A program made the translations under genes and the position numbers. Shown here in pieces: positions 23,643-36,400 of a DNA stretch of 64,000 bases. Location: assembly GCF_018977255.1 (NCBI RefSeq), contig NW_024704749.1, forward strand, positions 8,990,001 through 9,054,000, written 5' to 3'. Within the stretch, counting starts at the first letter, position 1. Each line of letters begins with the position of its first letter. The notes under the pieces are model-generated. The model ran no database searches. It had not been told where the DNA came from and saw only the letters and a program-made list of their open reading frames with translations. Origin of the DNA: Callorhinchus milii (Eukaryota).

Positions 23643-25711
23643 ATGTTTTACACAAATTATTGCACCAGTCTTTTTAAAAATCCTACAACCGATTGTCCAT
23701 TTATTATAATAATAATAATAATCTTTGCATTTGATATTGCGCCTTATCACTTCTTCGAGATGTTTCAAAGCGCTTCACAGGATACACTGGAAAGAATAGT
23801 GACTGTATTTTGTGGACGAAATGAAATTTACGTGTGGACTGCTCAGGTTGTACTTGGTATTCGGATTCATTGGGTAAGGAAAGTGTTTTATTTCGAGGGG
23901 CGGGGGTTAAGAGATGGTCTGATATTACACCTGTTTTGTATACAAGGTTAACAGCATAAGAAGAAAAACTCTAACGATTCCAAAGATGCTTCTTGCCTTT
24001 TTGCTCAGACTATATGCAGTGCAGGAAAGCCATTTTGTGCTGTGAAGATTGGTATGTTCCTGCACTTAAATTTGCACAAGAAATGTGTCTCAAGGGAATT
24101 TTGGAGCGATCAATTGATGAATAAACCAAGTCGATGTTTTTGCCTTACAAGCTTACCTCCGCTCTTAAATTAGAGTTGCATTCCTCCTTGCTATTTTATT
24201 ATCTCATTAATTAATAAAAAGAGTTTCGGTTTATTCACCAGGTACATTTTTATTGAGGTTTTTGTGTTTCACAAACTCAAGGGGGCCTCTCGTTAATTAC
24301 CGGAGATTTGTGCGTGTTTATTAATCGGAATCGGAGTTGCATACCAACTTTGAATCACGAGTCTTTTTCATTGTGAGAGTTCCTAGCTTCTCTCGCCTCT
24401 CCTCATGCTTCAAGTCCACAATTCCAGGATAGTCGAGTCGTCCTGCTGCGAAGTGCTTTGAGATATCCTGATGAGGCAATAAGGTAATTTGTCTACACTG
24501 TTGGCCAGACCGGAAAAAACTACTTCCTCTGTGCATGTAGTAACTGTTTAACCATAGCCCTGTGCTCACCAAGATGTATTTTGGTAACTCCGCAGATCAG
24601 TAGTATATAATGAGCACAGTTTTGCAAACTTCTTGTCCAAAACTCTTGCATGGGTCCAAATCCCTGACTGTCCAGCGCTTTGGGACATCCTCCCGACGTG
24701 AAAGGCGCCGGGTACATGTAATTTGTTGCATATAAGTGAAAATATGAAATACTGCAATTTACAGTGTACAGTGCCTATAAAGCTGAAATATCTCGAAGGA
24801 TATCAGAGTTCCTGGAAAATGTCGAAAATGTATATTTGTAGGTGAATGCAGAAGTTAATTTGTGCACAGCAATGTCTCACAAACAATCCCAAAGCGAATG
24901 ACTTTTTTTCAGGAGAATCATTGGCACAATGACCAGGAATTATTTTTTACATAATTTCAAATCCTGGGAATTTATACATCCACCTGAACAGGCAAATACC
25001 TCAGCCAGTTTAGCAGCTCTTCCAAAGGACAGTGTGTTTTGACAATGCAGTGATTCCCCCAACACTGACAACCTTATAATAATAACAATAATAATCCTTG
25101 CATTTGATATAGCGTCTTATCACGTCTTTGAGATGTCCTAAACCTTCCAACCCAGAAGCAAAAGTGTCACCAGTAACCAGGCAATGCTATGCCCACTTAT
25201 ATATTTAGTTGATGAAACATCATACTGTACCTTTTTACTTTATTTGGCCCTGAGTCGGCTTCAAGATGACAACTATGTTGATGAGTTTCCATATGTGACA
25301 GATACCCAGCTGACCCAAAAAGAGCTTGTACGAAAAGGGAGCATCACATGCCTTTTATTAAATCTAACGAGCGCTCGAAGTTTGCTGCCATCATCTTTTT
25401 TTCTCCTCCCTTTTATCTGCAGTGGACATTCGTAACTTGTGCAAGTTTCCAAATTCCATCAATTACCAATAATGAGCTGAACCTCGAGGATCAGAGAAGT
25501 CGAAGTTGAAAATGAAGTCTTTTGTTAAGCTTTTCCAACGGAACTAGCAGCGCATTCATAACTTGAGTTTATCCGCAAAACGTGGGCGGCTTGGAAAGTT
25601 GCACAGGCTACGCGTAGCCACAAAAGCAAATAAAAGGGGGTAAAAAATTATGGCAGCAAAGTTCAAGCGCGCATTAGATTTAATAAAAGGCATGTGATCC
25701 TTTTTATGTGT

Positions 25712-26025
25712 GGAGTCCTGTAGCTCAGTGGTTAGAGCACTCACTTTGCAAGCGAGAGACCTGAGTTCAATTCCAGGCAGAGGGCGAAACCTTGGGCAAG
25801 TTTTCTTACTCCACACAGAGCCTAATAGTAATCCCTCCAAAACCAAAAACAATAATAAATTGGTCATTTTTAATCTACGACTGTTTGTGGGACATTGCTG
25901 TGCGCAATTGGCTGCCGCGTTCGCCCACAAATATACAGGCAATTCACTTTACAGTGAAGCGCTTTGGGACGTCCTCCCGACGTGAAAAGCGCTATATCAA
26001 ATGCAAGGATTATTATTATTATTAT
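25712..26025 (+). mobile_element. tRNA(Ala)-derived SINE, short form
   Basis: Full length with A/B boxes, Deu-like core and (ATT)n tail. Confidence 0.9.
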
Positions 26026-26598
26026 GTCCAGGCCCTTTTTTGGTCAGCGAGACTTTAAGGCCTTTAAAGTTTGTATCCTCAAAATCGTATTTCTGTTATG
26101 AGAGATTTACTTCGTGCGGTTTGTGAAATACCACATGTTGAGCGGGCATTTCATGGGTTGGCATTTTATCTAATTTAGTTGTGGTAACTCTCAACCCCCC
26201 ACCCGACGCCGGGCCAGGTTCCACCACCGTCACGTGGTGCTGCAGGACGTGATAGAATTGCAAGTTGTTGTTAGTATAATTGTAAGAGATGTGGGTTGTT
26301 ATTGTGGGTTACTTCCATTTTTGTAGAGTGCATTTGCCGTTAATGTGAACATTTTCTTTTCTCCTTCTCCACCTGATAACACGAGGCACCAGTGAAGGCA
26401 GTTCTATTGACATTGGGAGTCAATCCTGAACATTACATTTTCACAACTTTAATATCAAAGTCAGTGAGTGGTGGACAGTAATGAAACCGTCCAAAATGTT
26501 TCAATTAGGATTTAAATACTTTAAATATTTTCCTAATTATTTTTACGGCATTGGATAACAAACCTTAAAGAGTATGGGAGATGAGTTGTTTTTTTATT

Positions 26599-26974
26599 TG
26601 GTCAGCCGTGTGTGTTAACACATGTAGAAAAACCCATCACCGTGCTTTTGAGAGAACTCAAACCAAACTGGGAATTCCACGCATCCCACCTACACACGGA
26701 AATCCCAGAGTTAGATTGTCAGAATGGAATCCTCCCTGGAGGGACGCATCCCACTTACCCAATTCCGTAAAGTATTAGGCGCAGGTTGGCAAGAGCCAAG
26801 GCTCGCGTGAGCCCAGAGTGTGCGTTGGGGTAACTGCTGGAGTCTAACCAGCTGCGAGGTTTCCCACTTGTCCAGCTAGGACCACCCTACCCAATAAGGC
26901 TTTAGCTTGCAGGGGTAACAGGAGCTGAGTGGGTTGATTCCCCCAGGGACTGGTCTGTCCTGCCAAGTACTGCC
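26599..26974. repeat. Unclassified interspersed repeat, copy 1 (copy 2 inverted at 55126-55535)
   Basis: The reverse complement aligns with 55126-55535, e.g. GAGTGTGCGTTGGGGTAACTGCTGGAGTCTAACCAGCT is shared exactly. Confidence 0.85.
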
Positions 26975-27349
26975 AAAGAAACCCCGCTTACCTCCTTCCC
27001 AAAGGAGGATCATCACTAGTTGGTCGTTCGGCATCCAACAAGTGTGGGTTCGAGCCCTCACCGGGTGGATGGTAGGTACCAGGAACTCTCTGCAAGCTGC
27101 AATCAGGGGTGTGGGGTCTCCAAGGCTCACATGGAATGTTTATTAGCCTTTGGTAGAAGTGAATTTATTTGAGTTTACAACAAAGAGTCAACAATGTGAT
27201 ATTCCTAAAATCATTTGGTTCCTTAATTAAGGAATGAGGTTAAAATGCATTTGAAATAACCATCCAGATGAGTTGGACATTCTCCTCACTGCAGGCACAA
27301 GTTGCTGATCAATTTGCCCAGGGGAACAATCAGGGAATTTTGCATTAAT

Positions 27350-27880
27350 TACATTGGAATACATTAACAATAGCAACAAACGCAGGCCGATCAGCCCAAC
27401 TGGTCTATGCCGGTGTTTATGCTCCAAATGAATCTCCTCCTGCCCTTCCTCAACTAAGCCTTCAAGCATAACCTTCTATTCCTTTCTCCCTCATGTACCT
27501 CTCCAGCTTTCCCTTAAATACATCTGTGCTATTTGCCACAACAACTCCTTGTGGTAGCAAGTTCCACATTCCCACTACCCTCTGTGTGAAGAAATTTCTT
27601 CTAACTTCCCTATTTGATCTATTTGTGGCTATTTTATATTGATGGACCCTGGTTTTGGTTTCCCCACAAGTGGAAGCATATTCCCTATGTTGACCCTCTC
27701 AAAACCTTTCATCATTTTAAAGACCTCTATCAGGTCACCCCTTACTCTCCCCTTTTCAAGAGAAAAGAGTCCAAGTATGTTCAGCCTTTCCTGATAGGTA
27801 TAACCCCTCAGTTCTGGGATCATCCTTGTGAATCTCCTTTGCACCCTCTCCAGTGCCTCTACATCCCTTCTATAATGTAC
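27350..27880 (-). mobile_element. CR1-clade LINE 3' fragment
   Basis: Minus strand gives YRRDVEALERVQRRFTRMIPELRGYTYQERLNILGLFSLEKGRVRGDLIEVFKMMKGF. Confidence 0.9.
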
Positions 27881-27895
27881 CTGCAAAGTACTCAA

Positions 27896-28205
27896 TAAAA
27901 TGCAAAATACTGCAGATGCTGGAAATCTGGAACAAAAACGGAGATCACTGGGAACACTCAGCAGGTCAGGCAGCATCTATGGAGAGAGGACAGTCAGTCA
28001 ACGTTAGGGTTCCATGACCCTTCATCAGAACTGGGGGATGTTGGGAGAGAGAGGTTTTAAGAACTAACATAGAGGGGAGGTGGGGCAAGAAAGACAAAGG
28101 AGAAAATGGGGTGGAGGACAGGGGTCATCCACCCCATTTGGTAGTTACTACCCCACCCCATCCCATTTTCTGATTGAGGGTCACGGACCCCAAAAGTTGA
28201 CTCTC
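27896..28205. mobile_element. Shark-type Penelope-like terminal repeat remnant with inverted ends
   Basis: TGCAGATGCTGGAAATCTG..CACTCAGCAGGTCAGGCAGCATCTATGGAGAGAG recurs at 62925-63015 and 63678-63860. The Penelope assignment is from recall. Confidence 0.55.
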
Positions 28206-30076
28206 TTTCTTTAAGCAGCAACACTTAACGCACGCTTTAAAACCACAAGTTTTCTTATTGATCTGCTGGAAGTGTAACCGGCCAATGAGAAAGTGATTAA
28301 TCTGCTGCCATTGGAGAAAGAAGGTTAATTTGTGAAAGTGCGTTAAAATAGGTGAGTTCTTTTAGCTTTTTTTCACTGCTAACTAATTCTAGGTGCTTTT
28401 TATTGATTTTTGGTGACTGGGGACCAGATCAGCCGTAGTATTTCTATGACTAATTGTGGAGGTTTTGCTATTTTTGATGAGCAATCTCTGATTTTCGTAC
28501 GTAATGGTCACCTCCACGGACAAGTGGTTGTTTAACTATTAACATGATTCACACTAACCACCCAAACCAAATCTCATCTCTTGCATGATTCCCACCTAAT
28601 CGAAAAACAGCAGAAAAAGCAGCAGGAGTGTTTAAAACACAGTGACACCTCCAAAAAAAAATAAGGTTTCCTTTCTTTATTTCCAAAAAAAAAAACTCGT
28701 TTCTTAAATATGGTTGGAGTTTGAGAGCGAGTGGGATGGTCCCTTCGCAGGTAACCATTGAGAATTGATTTGCCAAAAAAAGAAAGAAAACACTTTAATT
28801 CAACTGCATGTATATAAAAAAAAGCAAAGATAAAATCACCCCGCACGATTCTGTGACTTGTTTGTACATTAGCCACTCTTTTTTACGTGATGTACAACAA
28901 GTCGTTGACTAACCTCTACTGTTTGCAAATTATTCTGGGGCTGTAATTCCAGGCAAAATACCTTCAATATCGCACGTAGCTTGTGAACAGCAGAGTGAGA
29001 CTAAGAGAAGGTAGTATTATCCCACACACATAAGCTAAGCAACGGTTACTTGGTGGTTTTGACATGTGCTTGGTGAGATGTTTCTCACTTTGTTTCACAC
29101 ACACTCTCTCTCTGCTTATTTGCTTTCTAACTCAACATCCCGACTGACTCCCACTCATTAAACTTTCTAAAGGGCTTTGAAACTTCCTCGCAAAACACAA
29201 GGGATCGAAACTCCACGTGAGTGTAAATGCTTGTTGCTGCTCCTCTTTTTTTCTTTCTTTCTCTCTCGATGCCTTTTTGGGGGGGGGGGGGGGGTGCGTT
29301 GTTGAGTAAAAGAAGGTTTATTTCACTGAAAAAAAACAAGTTCTGAGTTTCTGGCGATGAAGAATGCGACGAGAAGCGTTTATTGCGTTTTTTTTGCCCC
29401 AAAATGATGGGAATTCTGCATTTGGGGGGGGATTTGGAAGAAGCCAGAACTCGTTTCCCAATAAGTTCCATTCTGCGCTTCCACTATCTCTCTTGAACTT
29501 TAACTATCTATTAATGACAAGAATCTAAACGGAGACAGGACTATTTTTATGTATGTTTGTGTGCGTGTATGTTGTGTGGGTGTGTAGGGTATATAAATGT
29601 AATTTTGTATTATATCCTAATAATATGTGTTTTATATATTTTTTAAATCTGTCTCTATTTCTAAGAAGTTTGGTCACTCAAACTGCGACTGTTTGTGGGA
29701 CGCTGCTGTGCGCAATTAACTGCCACGTTTCGCCCACAAAAAATATGCAGTCAATATGTTCTCGGATGCGCTTTCAAATGTCTCGAAGACGTGAAAAGGC
29801 ACTGAATCAAGTGCGAGGATTAATATTGTTATTATTCTAAAAAAATTTTTTTTTACAGTGCATTCGTATACTCTTATTCCTGCTTGTCTAGTGGCCAGTG
29901 GTGACCATTTCGAGTTGACTTGCGGACAACTTCACCAGGTAACTCTGTACCCAGGACACTAATCTGGGTGCATGGTTTTACTTTCTTGCTCTCATTTCTG
30001 TGTTGCTGACATTTTTCTTCGCTTTGATTGATTTGGTGTTGGTGGTGGAGAAGGCGACAGTAACTGAACTGTCTGA

Positions 30077-30365
30077 ATGTGTGTGGGTGAGAGTGCTGTC
30101 CTGTGGTTGTGTGTGTGTCCTGTGTGTGTATGTGTGCGTGTTTGTATGAGGGCCCTGTGTGTGTGTGTGTGTGTGTGCGCGCGAGGGTGTGGTTGTGTGT
30201 GTGTGTGCATGAGGGCACTGTGTGTGTGCGTGTGTGTGTGCGTGTGTGTGTGTGAGGGTGCGGTCACGTGTGTGTGTGTGTGTATGAGAGCGGCGTGTGT
30301 GTGCGTTAGTGTGCGGACCTGCGTGTGTGTGTGTGCGTGTGTGTGTGTGCGCGCAAGTGTGCGCT
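30077..30365. repeat. Compound (TG)n microsatellite
   Basis: Long interrupted TG dinucleotide tracts. Confidence 0.9.
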
Positions 30366-30894
30366 CATGACATACCAGCCACCTTGAAGTTGTTGAGATC
30401 TGAGTCAAAATTCACTGATATGATTTGGACATAATTACTTTAAAGGAGTCCGAGATCTCTCTCTTGGCTAATGACTTAAATGTAAAACAACAAGAACAGA
30501 ACAAGGCCATTCGGGGTATCGAGTTTCTAAAACCCAGATATTCTATTCGTCCATCTTTTCTCTGTTTTCTCAATATTAAGTACAGCCTTTTTTACGTGAT
30601 TCAGATCAACGGCTTTCTGGGGCTTTCTGTTCCATAGTCTTTCAACTCTTTCTGTAAGTCGTTCTCTGGTTGCCACTATCACTTGTGTAACTCTCACTGA
30701 GTTCCTGAACTGGAGCAAAGAGTTGTTCCTTAATAACTTCGGAACAAAGGAGGAGGAGAGCGTAGGCACGATCGAATAGGAAGGTCTTCAGCTCAATCAG
30801 ACTCCCCCCACCCCCCCACCCCCGCCCTTCATCTGTACAATTTGCTTATTAACATTGTTTTTTTTCATGAAGGTACTCTATATAGGTTCCGAGA

Positions 30895-31857
30895 ATGTTA
30901 ACTACTCCAGCCTCCTACGAAAATTATTCAGACTATCTGTTGGAGATGGACGATGATTCGATTGCTGTCCTGCCGCTCGTGATTTACTCTGTGACCTTTT
31001 TGGTCGGAATCTCTGGAAACGCTCTGGTCATCTGGATCGCAACGCAGGAAGTAAGAAAGACAATCACCATGATATGGCTTTTGAATCTGTCAGTGGCTGA
31101 CTTCATGTTCACCGCCCTCTTGCCTTTTTCCATTGTGTATCAAGTAGAAAAGTTCCATTGGCCGTTTGGAAGTTTTATGTGCAAATTCATTAGTTTCGGC
31201 GTCCATCTGAACATGTTCACAAGTGTGTTCATACTGACCGTAACCAGCATTGATAGATGCCTTTCTGTTGTATTTCCAGTTTGGTGTCAGAATAATCGAA
31301 GTGTAAATTCGGCAATTATCGTGTCATTAGTTGTGTGGGTACTGGCTGCTGTAGTAAGCGTTCCTTTCTACCTTATCCGTGACACAGAAGAGGACCTGAT
31401 AATGGGGACGACGTATTGCCTTTACAAACAGGATCTGCTTAACCTCCGTAGCTTAATACTGGCAAGATTTACGTTGGGTTTCGCTCTTCCTTTTATTACA
31501 ATTGCCATTTGCTACACTGTCATCACCTTAAAGATCAAACGTAGGTGGAGAAGGGTGTCAACCAAACAGTGCAAAATAATCACTATGATCATCTTAGCTT
31601 TTCTATTTTGTTGGATACCATTTCATATTTTGAGTATAATCCACATGTTATCAGACGTTGACATTAAAACCTGGCTGCCGCTGGCTACCAGCTTTGCATA
31701 TGTTTATAGCTGCATCAATCCGATTCTCTACCTTTTCGCTGGTAATGGATTTGTGCTTCAATTCAAGAAAAGAATCCAAGCAGCACTGAGGGCAATACAC
31801 GATGAAATGAGCCACAGTAGTTCCAGGTCTGAGTCCAGGGGGGGTCAAGGGATCTGA
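30895..31857 (+). CDS. Intronless class A GPCR of the chemoattractant receptor family (chemerin receptor CMKLR1-like; relatives GPR1, C3AR1, FPRs), 320 aa
   Basis: Seven hydrophobic segments. Motifs GNALVIW, WLLNLSVADF, HWPFGSFMCK, LNMFTSVFILTVTSIDRCLSVVFPVWCQNNR, RFTLGFALPF, CWIPFH, SCINPILY. Acidic, Tyr-rich N-terminus with an NYS sequon. Exact orthology cannot be assigned by eye. Confidence 0.92.
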   Translation: MLTTPASYENYSDYLLEMDDDSIAVLPLVIYSVTFLVGISGNALVIWIATQEVRKTITMIWLLNLSVADFMFTALLPFSIVYQVEKFHWPFGSFMCKFISFGVHLNMFTSVFILTVTSIDRCLSVVFPVWCQNNRSVNSAIIVSLVVWVLAAVVSVPFYLIRDTEEDLIMGTTYCLYKQDLLNLRSLILARFTLGFALPFITIAICYTVITLKIKRRWRRVSTKQCKIITMIILAFLFCWIPFHILSIIHMLSDVDIKTWLPLATSFAYVYSCINPILYLFAGNGFVLQFKKRIQAALRAIHDEMSHSSSRSESRGGQGI

Positions 31858-33200
31858 AAAAGGTTTTGAATGAAATTAGCCAAACTTTTGTATCTGCTTT
31901 TTACAAACTGATTTGAGTTTAGATGAACAAATTATTTACTCCACACGCCTGTTTGCCGAGTAGTAATTAGGAAGCCGGTTGTTAGTTGACTGGCGGATTG
32001 CTTTTCTAGGGGTAATAATCGCAATATAAAAAAAAATGGGTCACTCAATCCATGGCTGTGTGTGGGACACTGCTGCGTGCGATTAGCTGCCGCGTTTCGC
32101 CCACAAAATATATAATCACTTCACTTTACGGTATATTCTGTGAGGCGCTTTTGAGATGCCTCGAAGGTGTGATAAGATGCTATAACTCATTTTTTTCTTG
32201 TCACGAAGTATGTACGTTATTCGTATGGTGAGAACAAAAAATGCAGTTGAGTATATTGTCATTTTAATTCAATGCTGACGTAAACATGTTTAGGAAATTA
32301 AATATGTTGAAATGTACTTTTGATTCATGTCTGTCTTCATTCTCTACAAAGGTAAAGTGGCATTTTCAATAGAATATGGCAGCTGGTAATCACTTTATAA
32401 CGAAGCTATACAATCTGTAGACTACCTTTTGAAGTTTATGTTCGTGGTAACCAATACGAACGTCAAAGATCTGCCTCGATATCCGGAGGAATGTTTCTAA
32501 AACTTTGTTTTTGCAAATGCTGATGAACCTCATGTCGTTGCGATCTGCGTTCACACATGCACAGAACATCACCGTGTCGGTCTTCTTGCTTTGTTGATGA
32601 ACTGCTCTGTTATAAAGTTTGATTGCCTTGCTGTGGAACTGCTAAGGTGCCTGCTGCTATAAAACATAGCTCGTCTGAACTTGAAAGAGTTGGGAGCAAA
32701 TACCTGGTAACCTTTGAACATCGAGATCATTCTAAGTGAGAAAAAGTATAACCACAATTGGAACTTTGAAGTTGAGTGGTATGCAACAGTCTTCTCACCG
32801 CTTCGGTTTGCAGTCGAAGCAATTAACTTGTATGGGGTGGGCGGGGGGGGGTGGGTTCACAGCGAATTTGCCAGAGGGTAGACCGGTATGGGACAATTAG
32901 CGTGATTAATTAATTTAATTAATTAAGGATTAGTTAATCCTTCACAAAAAACCCCAGAACATTTTCGAACGATAGGCGTGATCGGTAAGACCAAATTATC
33001 ATCTGTTTTAATCTATTAAACCAAGTGGATGGGGGGTGGAGGGGGGTGGGGGTGGGGGTGGGTGGTGCTTGGGCTGGTGGAGGAGACGGGGTTGGGGGAG
33101 CAGGGGGCAGGGCCAAGTGGGTGAGTGACGACACGGAGGCGGGATCTCGGTGGGGTCCCGGGAGGGGGTTCTGAGCTCAGTGCTGGAGAGAAGGGCTGAA

Positions 33201-33406
33201 ATGGGGCTGGAAATGTATCTGGATCTGAACTCGCAGCCCTGTCGCTCTGTGTTTCTCTTCGCCAAAAAGAACAAGATCCCTTTCGAGTTCAAACACGTCT
33301 CCCTGTTCACAGGTGAGGAAGCCTTCTGCATTGCATGTCTCACCCCCCCCCCACCCACCTTTTACTACTTAAAGAGATCGTGTGGCTTTCTGAACAGGAA
33401 TTAAGT

Positions 33407-33440
<34 letters not shown>

Positions 33441-36400
33441 TTTTTTTTGTTGGCCAAATGGAGCGTTTCCTTCCTGAGTTTGTAAAGCCGAATGGGTTTT
33501 GTTTTCACATGTAATCACGGGCCACATTGTGCGCAACCCATCGCAAGAGAAGGCAAACACAAGCAAACAAAGGAACGCACAGTCACTACACTTTGCGGCG
33601 CATCCTTGTGAGGCGCTTGGAGACGTCCCGACGACGTGATAAGGCGCTGTATCAAATGCCAGGATTATTGTTATTATTATGATGACTACTCTGTCGGTCG
33701 GCACAACCATGTTGCATATCCAAACCAGATAAGCTATCCTTGTCGTGGAATTTCCTGTCTCTGGAATGGAATGCACTCTCCCCCTCTCCCTTCGCTCTCT
33801 CTCTCCCCCTCCCTCTCTCTCTCTCCCCCTCCCTGCCTCTCGAGAGGGATGCACTCTGCTTGGGTAATTCCAGAGATTTGCCTGGTTACGAAGAGTGAGC
33901 GAGTGTGGTGATCCGCGCCTGCATTTCAGAGTGATAGCGTATCTGTCTGCGTATCGTGCTTTCGTTTCACAACCCTTGACTTTTGTACCTGTTTGTTTGC
34001 TTGTTCTGCTTTGCACGTTGGGCAATAGGTCAACAGCACAGCGAGGAGTATGCAAAGATTAATCCAAAGAGACAAGTGCCAGCAATAAAGGATGGCGACT
34101 TCACCTTGTCCGAAAGGTAAACAACACGCAAACTAGACTCGCTCTTTGTTCATCGATAAGTCCAAAAGAAAGAGAAGCTCCTCCTTGCTTTACAAAGAAC
34201 AAGAGTGCAGACCTGTTAGGGTTCAACAGCTTGATTTTGACGTGAACTGTACCGAAAACATTGTTGTGGAGTCCTGTAGCTCAGTGGTTAGAGCACTCGC
34301 TTTGCAAGCGAGAGACCTGGGTTCGATTCCCGACCGGGCGAAACCCTGGGCAAGTTTCCTTACTCCACGCGCCTAATAATAATCCCTCAAAAAAAAAATT
34401 GGTCACTTTATCCACGACTGTTTGTGGGGACTCTGCTGTGCGCAATTGGCTGCCGCGTTTCGCCCACAATCACACAGTCAGTTCGCTTTACAGTATATTC
34501 TGTGAAGCGCTTCGAGACGTCTACGAAGACTTGAAAAGCGCTGCATCAAATGCAAGGATTATTATTAACGATATTATTATTGCATCAGGTTGCTGCAGTG
34601 TAACAGCAGCTCGGTCGAGGAATTCCATCACCTGTTGCTATCAGACAGCCCGACCTGATCGGGGTTTGGAAATTTATTTTATCTGCTGATTGTGAAGCGA
34701 TTGAGAAGTTTCAGCGTTACAGTGTTTGCATAACCATCTGGTTACTGATGGTGGTCAGACCAGAATCTTAATATCCTGTCAGCCTGGCACAGTGGTGGCA
34801 TTCTCGCCTCTGAGTCGGAAGTTTGTGGTTTCAAGCCCCAACTTCAGCTGCTACCCATATCAAGCTACGCAGTTACTCACGGAGCACGCACGGAACCCGG
34901 GCACTTTATCTGATTCATCTCTTCCTCCTTCATCTACTTTGTCCTTCCCCTCTGAAGGAATTTTCCTAATTCCCTGCACTTCACCCTTCCTCTCTCTTTC
35001 CCCCTCTCTCTCTCTCTCTCTCTCTCTCTCGCTTCACTGGAGGACACTTCCTATCTGTCCCCAGGGAGCTTTCTCTCAGTCTTTGCAAAGTGCCACGTAA
35101 TTGCTGTTGGGAGTCTGATTCAATAATGGGGGGGGGGGGGGGGGTGGGGGGGGAAGGTATTTGGTCTTGTGTTGCTGCTGGGAACAAGTTATTATTATAA
35201 ATCAATTTATAATATATATTTAAATCAATTATACTTCGATTTAAAGTAGTTCCCTTGCAGTGTGGCCATTCTGAAGTATCTGGCTCGAAAATACCAAACC
35301 CCGGATCACTGGTACCCGAATGACCTCCAGAAACGTGCTCGTGTCGATGAGTACCTGGCTTGGCAGCACTCCACTGTACGCCCCCACGGTTCTAAAGTCT
35401 TCATGTTTAAGGTTAGACGATTTCCTCTTCATATTTGCAAAGCTTATCTTCAGATGTAGGTTGAGCACATCGTAACAACTAACCCCCAAACCGGTGTTGC
35501 ACATTGGTAAGTAGAGAAGAGTTTGCAGTCAACAAAACTGAGCAAGGCTGTTGACTACCAACCGGGTTCCTAATTATTCCTGGGCAAACGGAGGCATGTG
35601 GAGTAAGAAAACCTGCCTAAGGTTTCGCCCCACTCGGGAATCAAACTCGGGTCCTCTCGCTTGCGAGGCGAAAGCTCTAACCACTATACTATGGTGGTGG
35701 TGTTGGGGAGGTGGGGGGGAATATAAGACCTGTGAGCGCACATATCAGTTTCAAAGGCCACAGATATCTTTTGCCAAATAGAACAATTGATGGAGAAGAT
35801 AAAGAAGACATCTTAGATTCCCCACATTCATATATTCATTTCCCAGTGTGACTAATCCAAGCTAACAGGGAAATCTAGCATCTGGACATCAGTCGTTGTC
35901 TTGTTGCGCCATTCTGATTTGCTCCCAGCGCAGCACCGTGCATGCTGTCTGTGTTCTTTCTCTGCAGTTATTGCTCCCGGCATTAACAGGGGAACCAATT
36001 CCTGAAGTTAAAGTGCAAGCGGCTCTGGAAGACTTACGTGGAAGCCTGAAGACCTTCGAAGAGATTTACCTTCAGGATAAACCCTACATTGCCGGAGATG
36101 CTCTTACCATCGCTGACCTGGTTGCAATCGTGGAGCTCATGCAGGTCAGTCACTCTATGTCTTGGTTCCATTTTAGACAGTAAAACTCTTTATTTATTAG
36201 TAAAAGTCACTGCTTAACTTTTACTGTTAGATTAGGCGTATAAACTTGATTATCCAATCTATCAAGGTGCATTTGGAACTCCATGATGTTCAGTTGATAA
36301 AGGTAATCCATAAACATCAATGTCTGTATTATGTGACTATTATAATAATAATAATCCTTACATTTGATACAGCGCCGTATCACGTCTTCGAGACGTCTCA

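Noticed and set aside
29874-30408. His/Thr-rich and Cys/Val-rich ORFs here and near 50460-50897
   Set aside because: Translations of (TG)n/(CA)n microsatellites.
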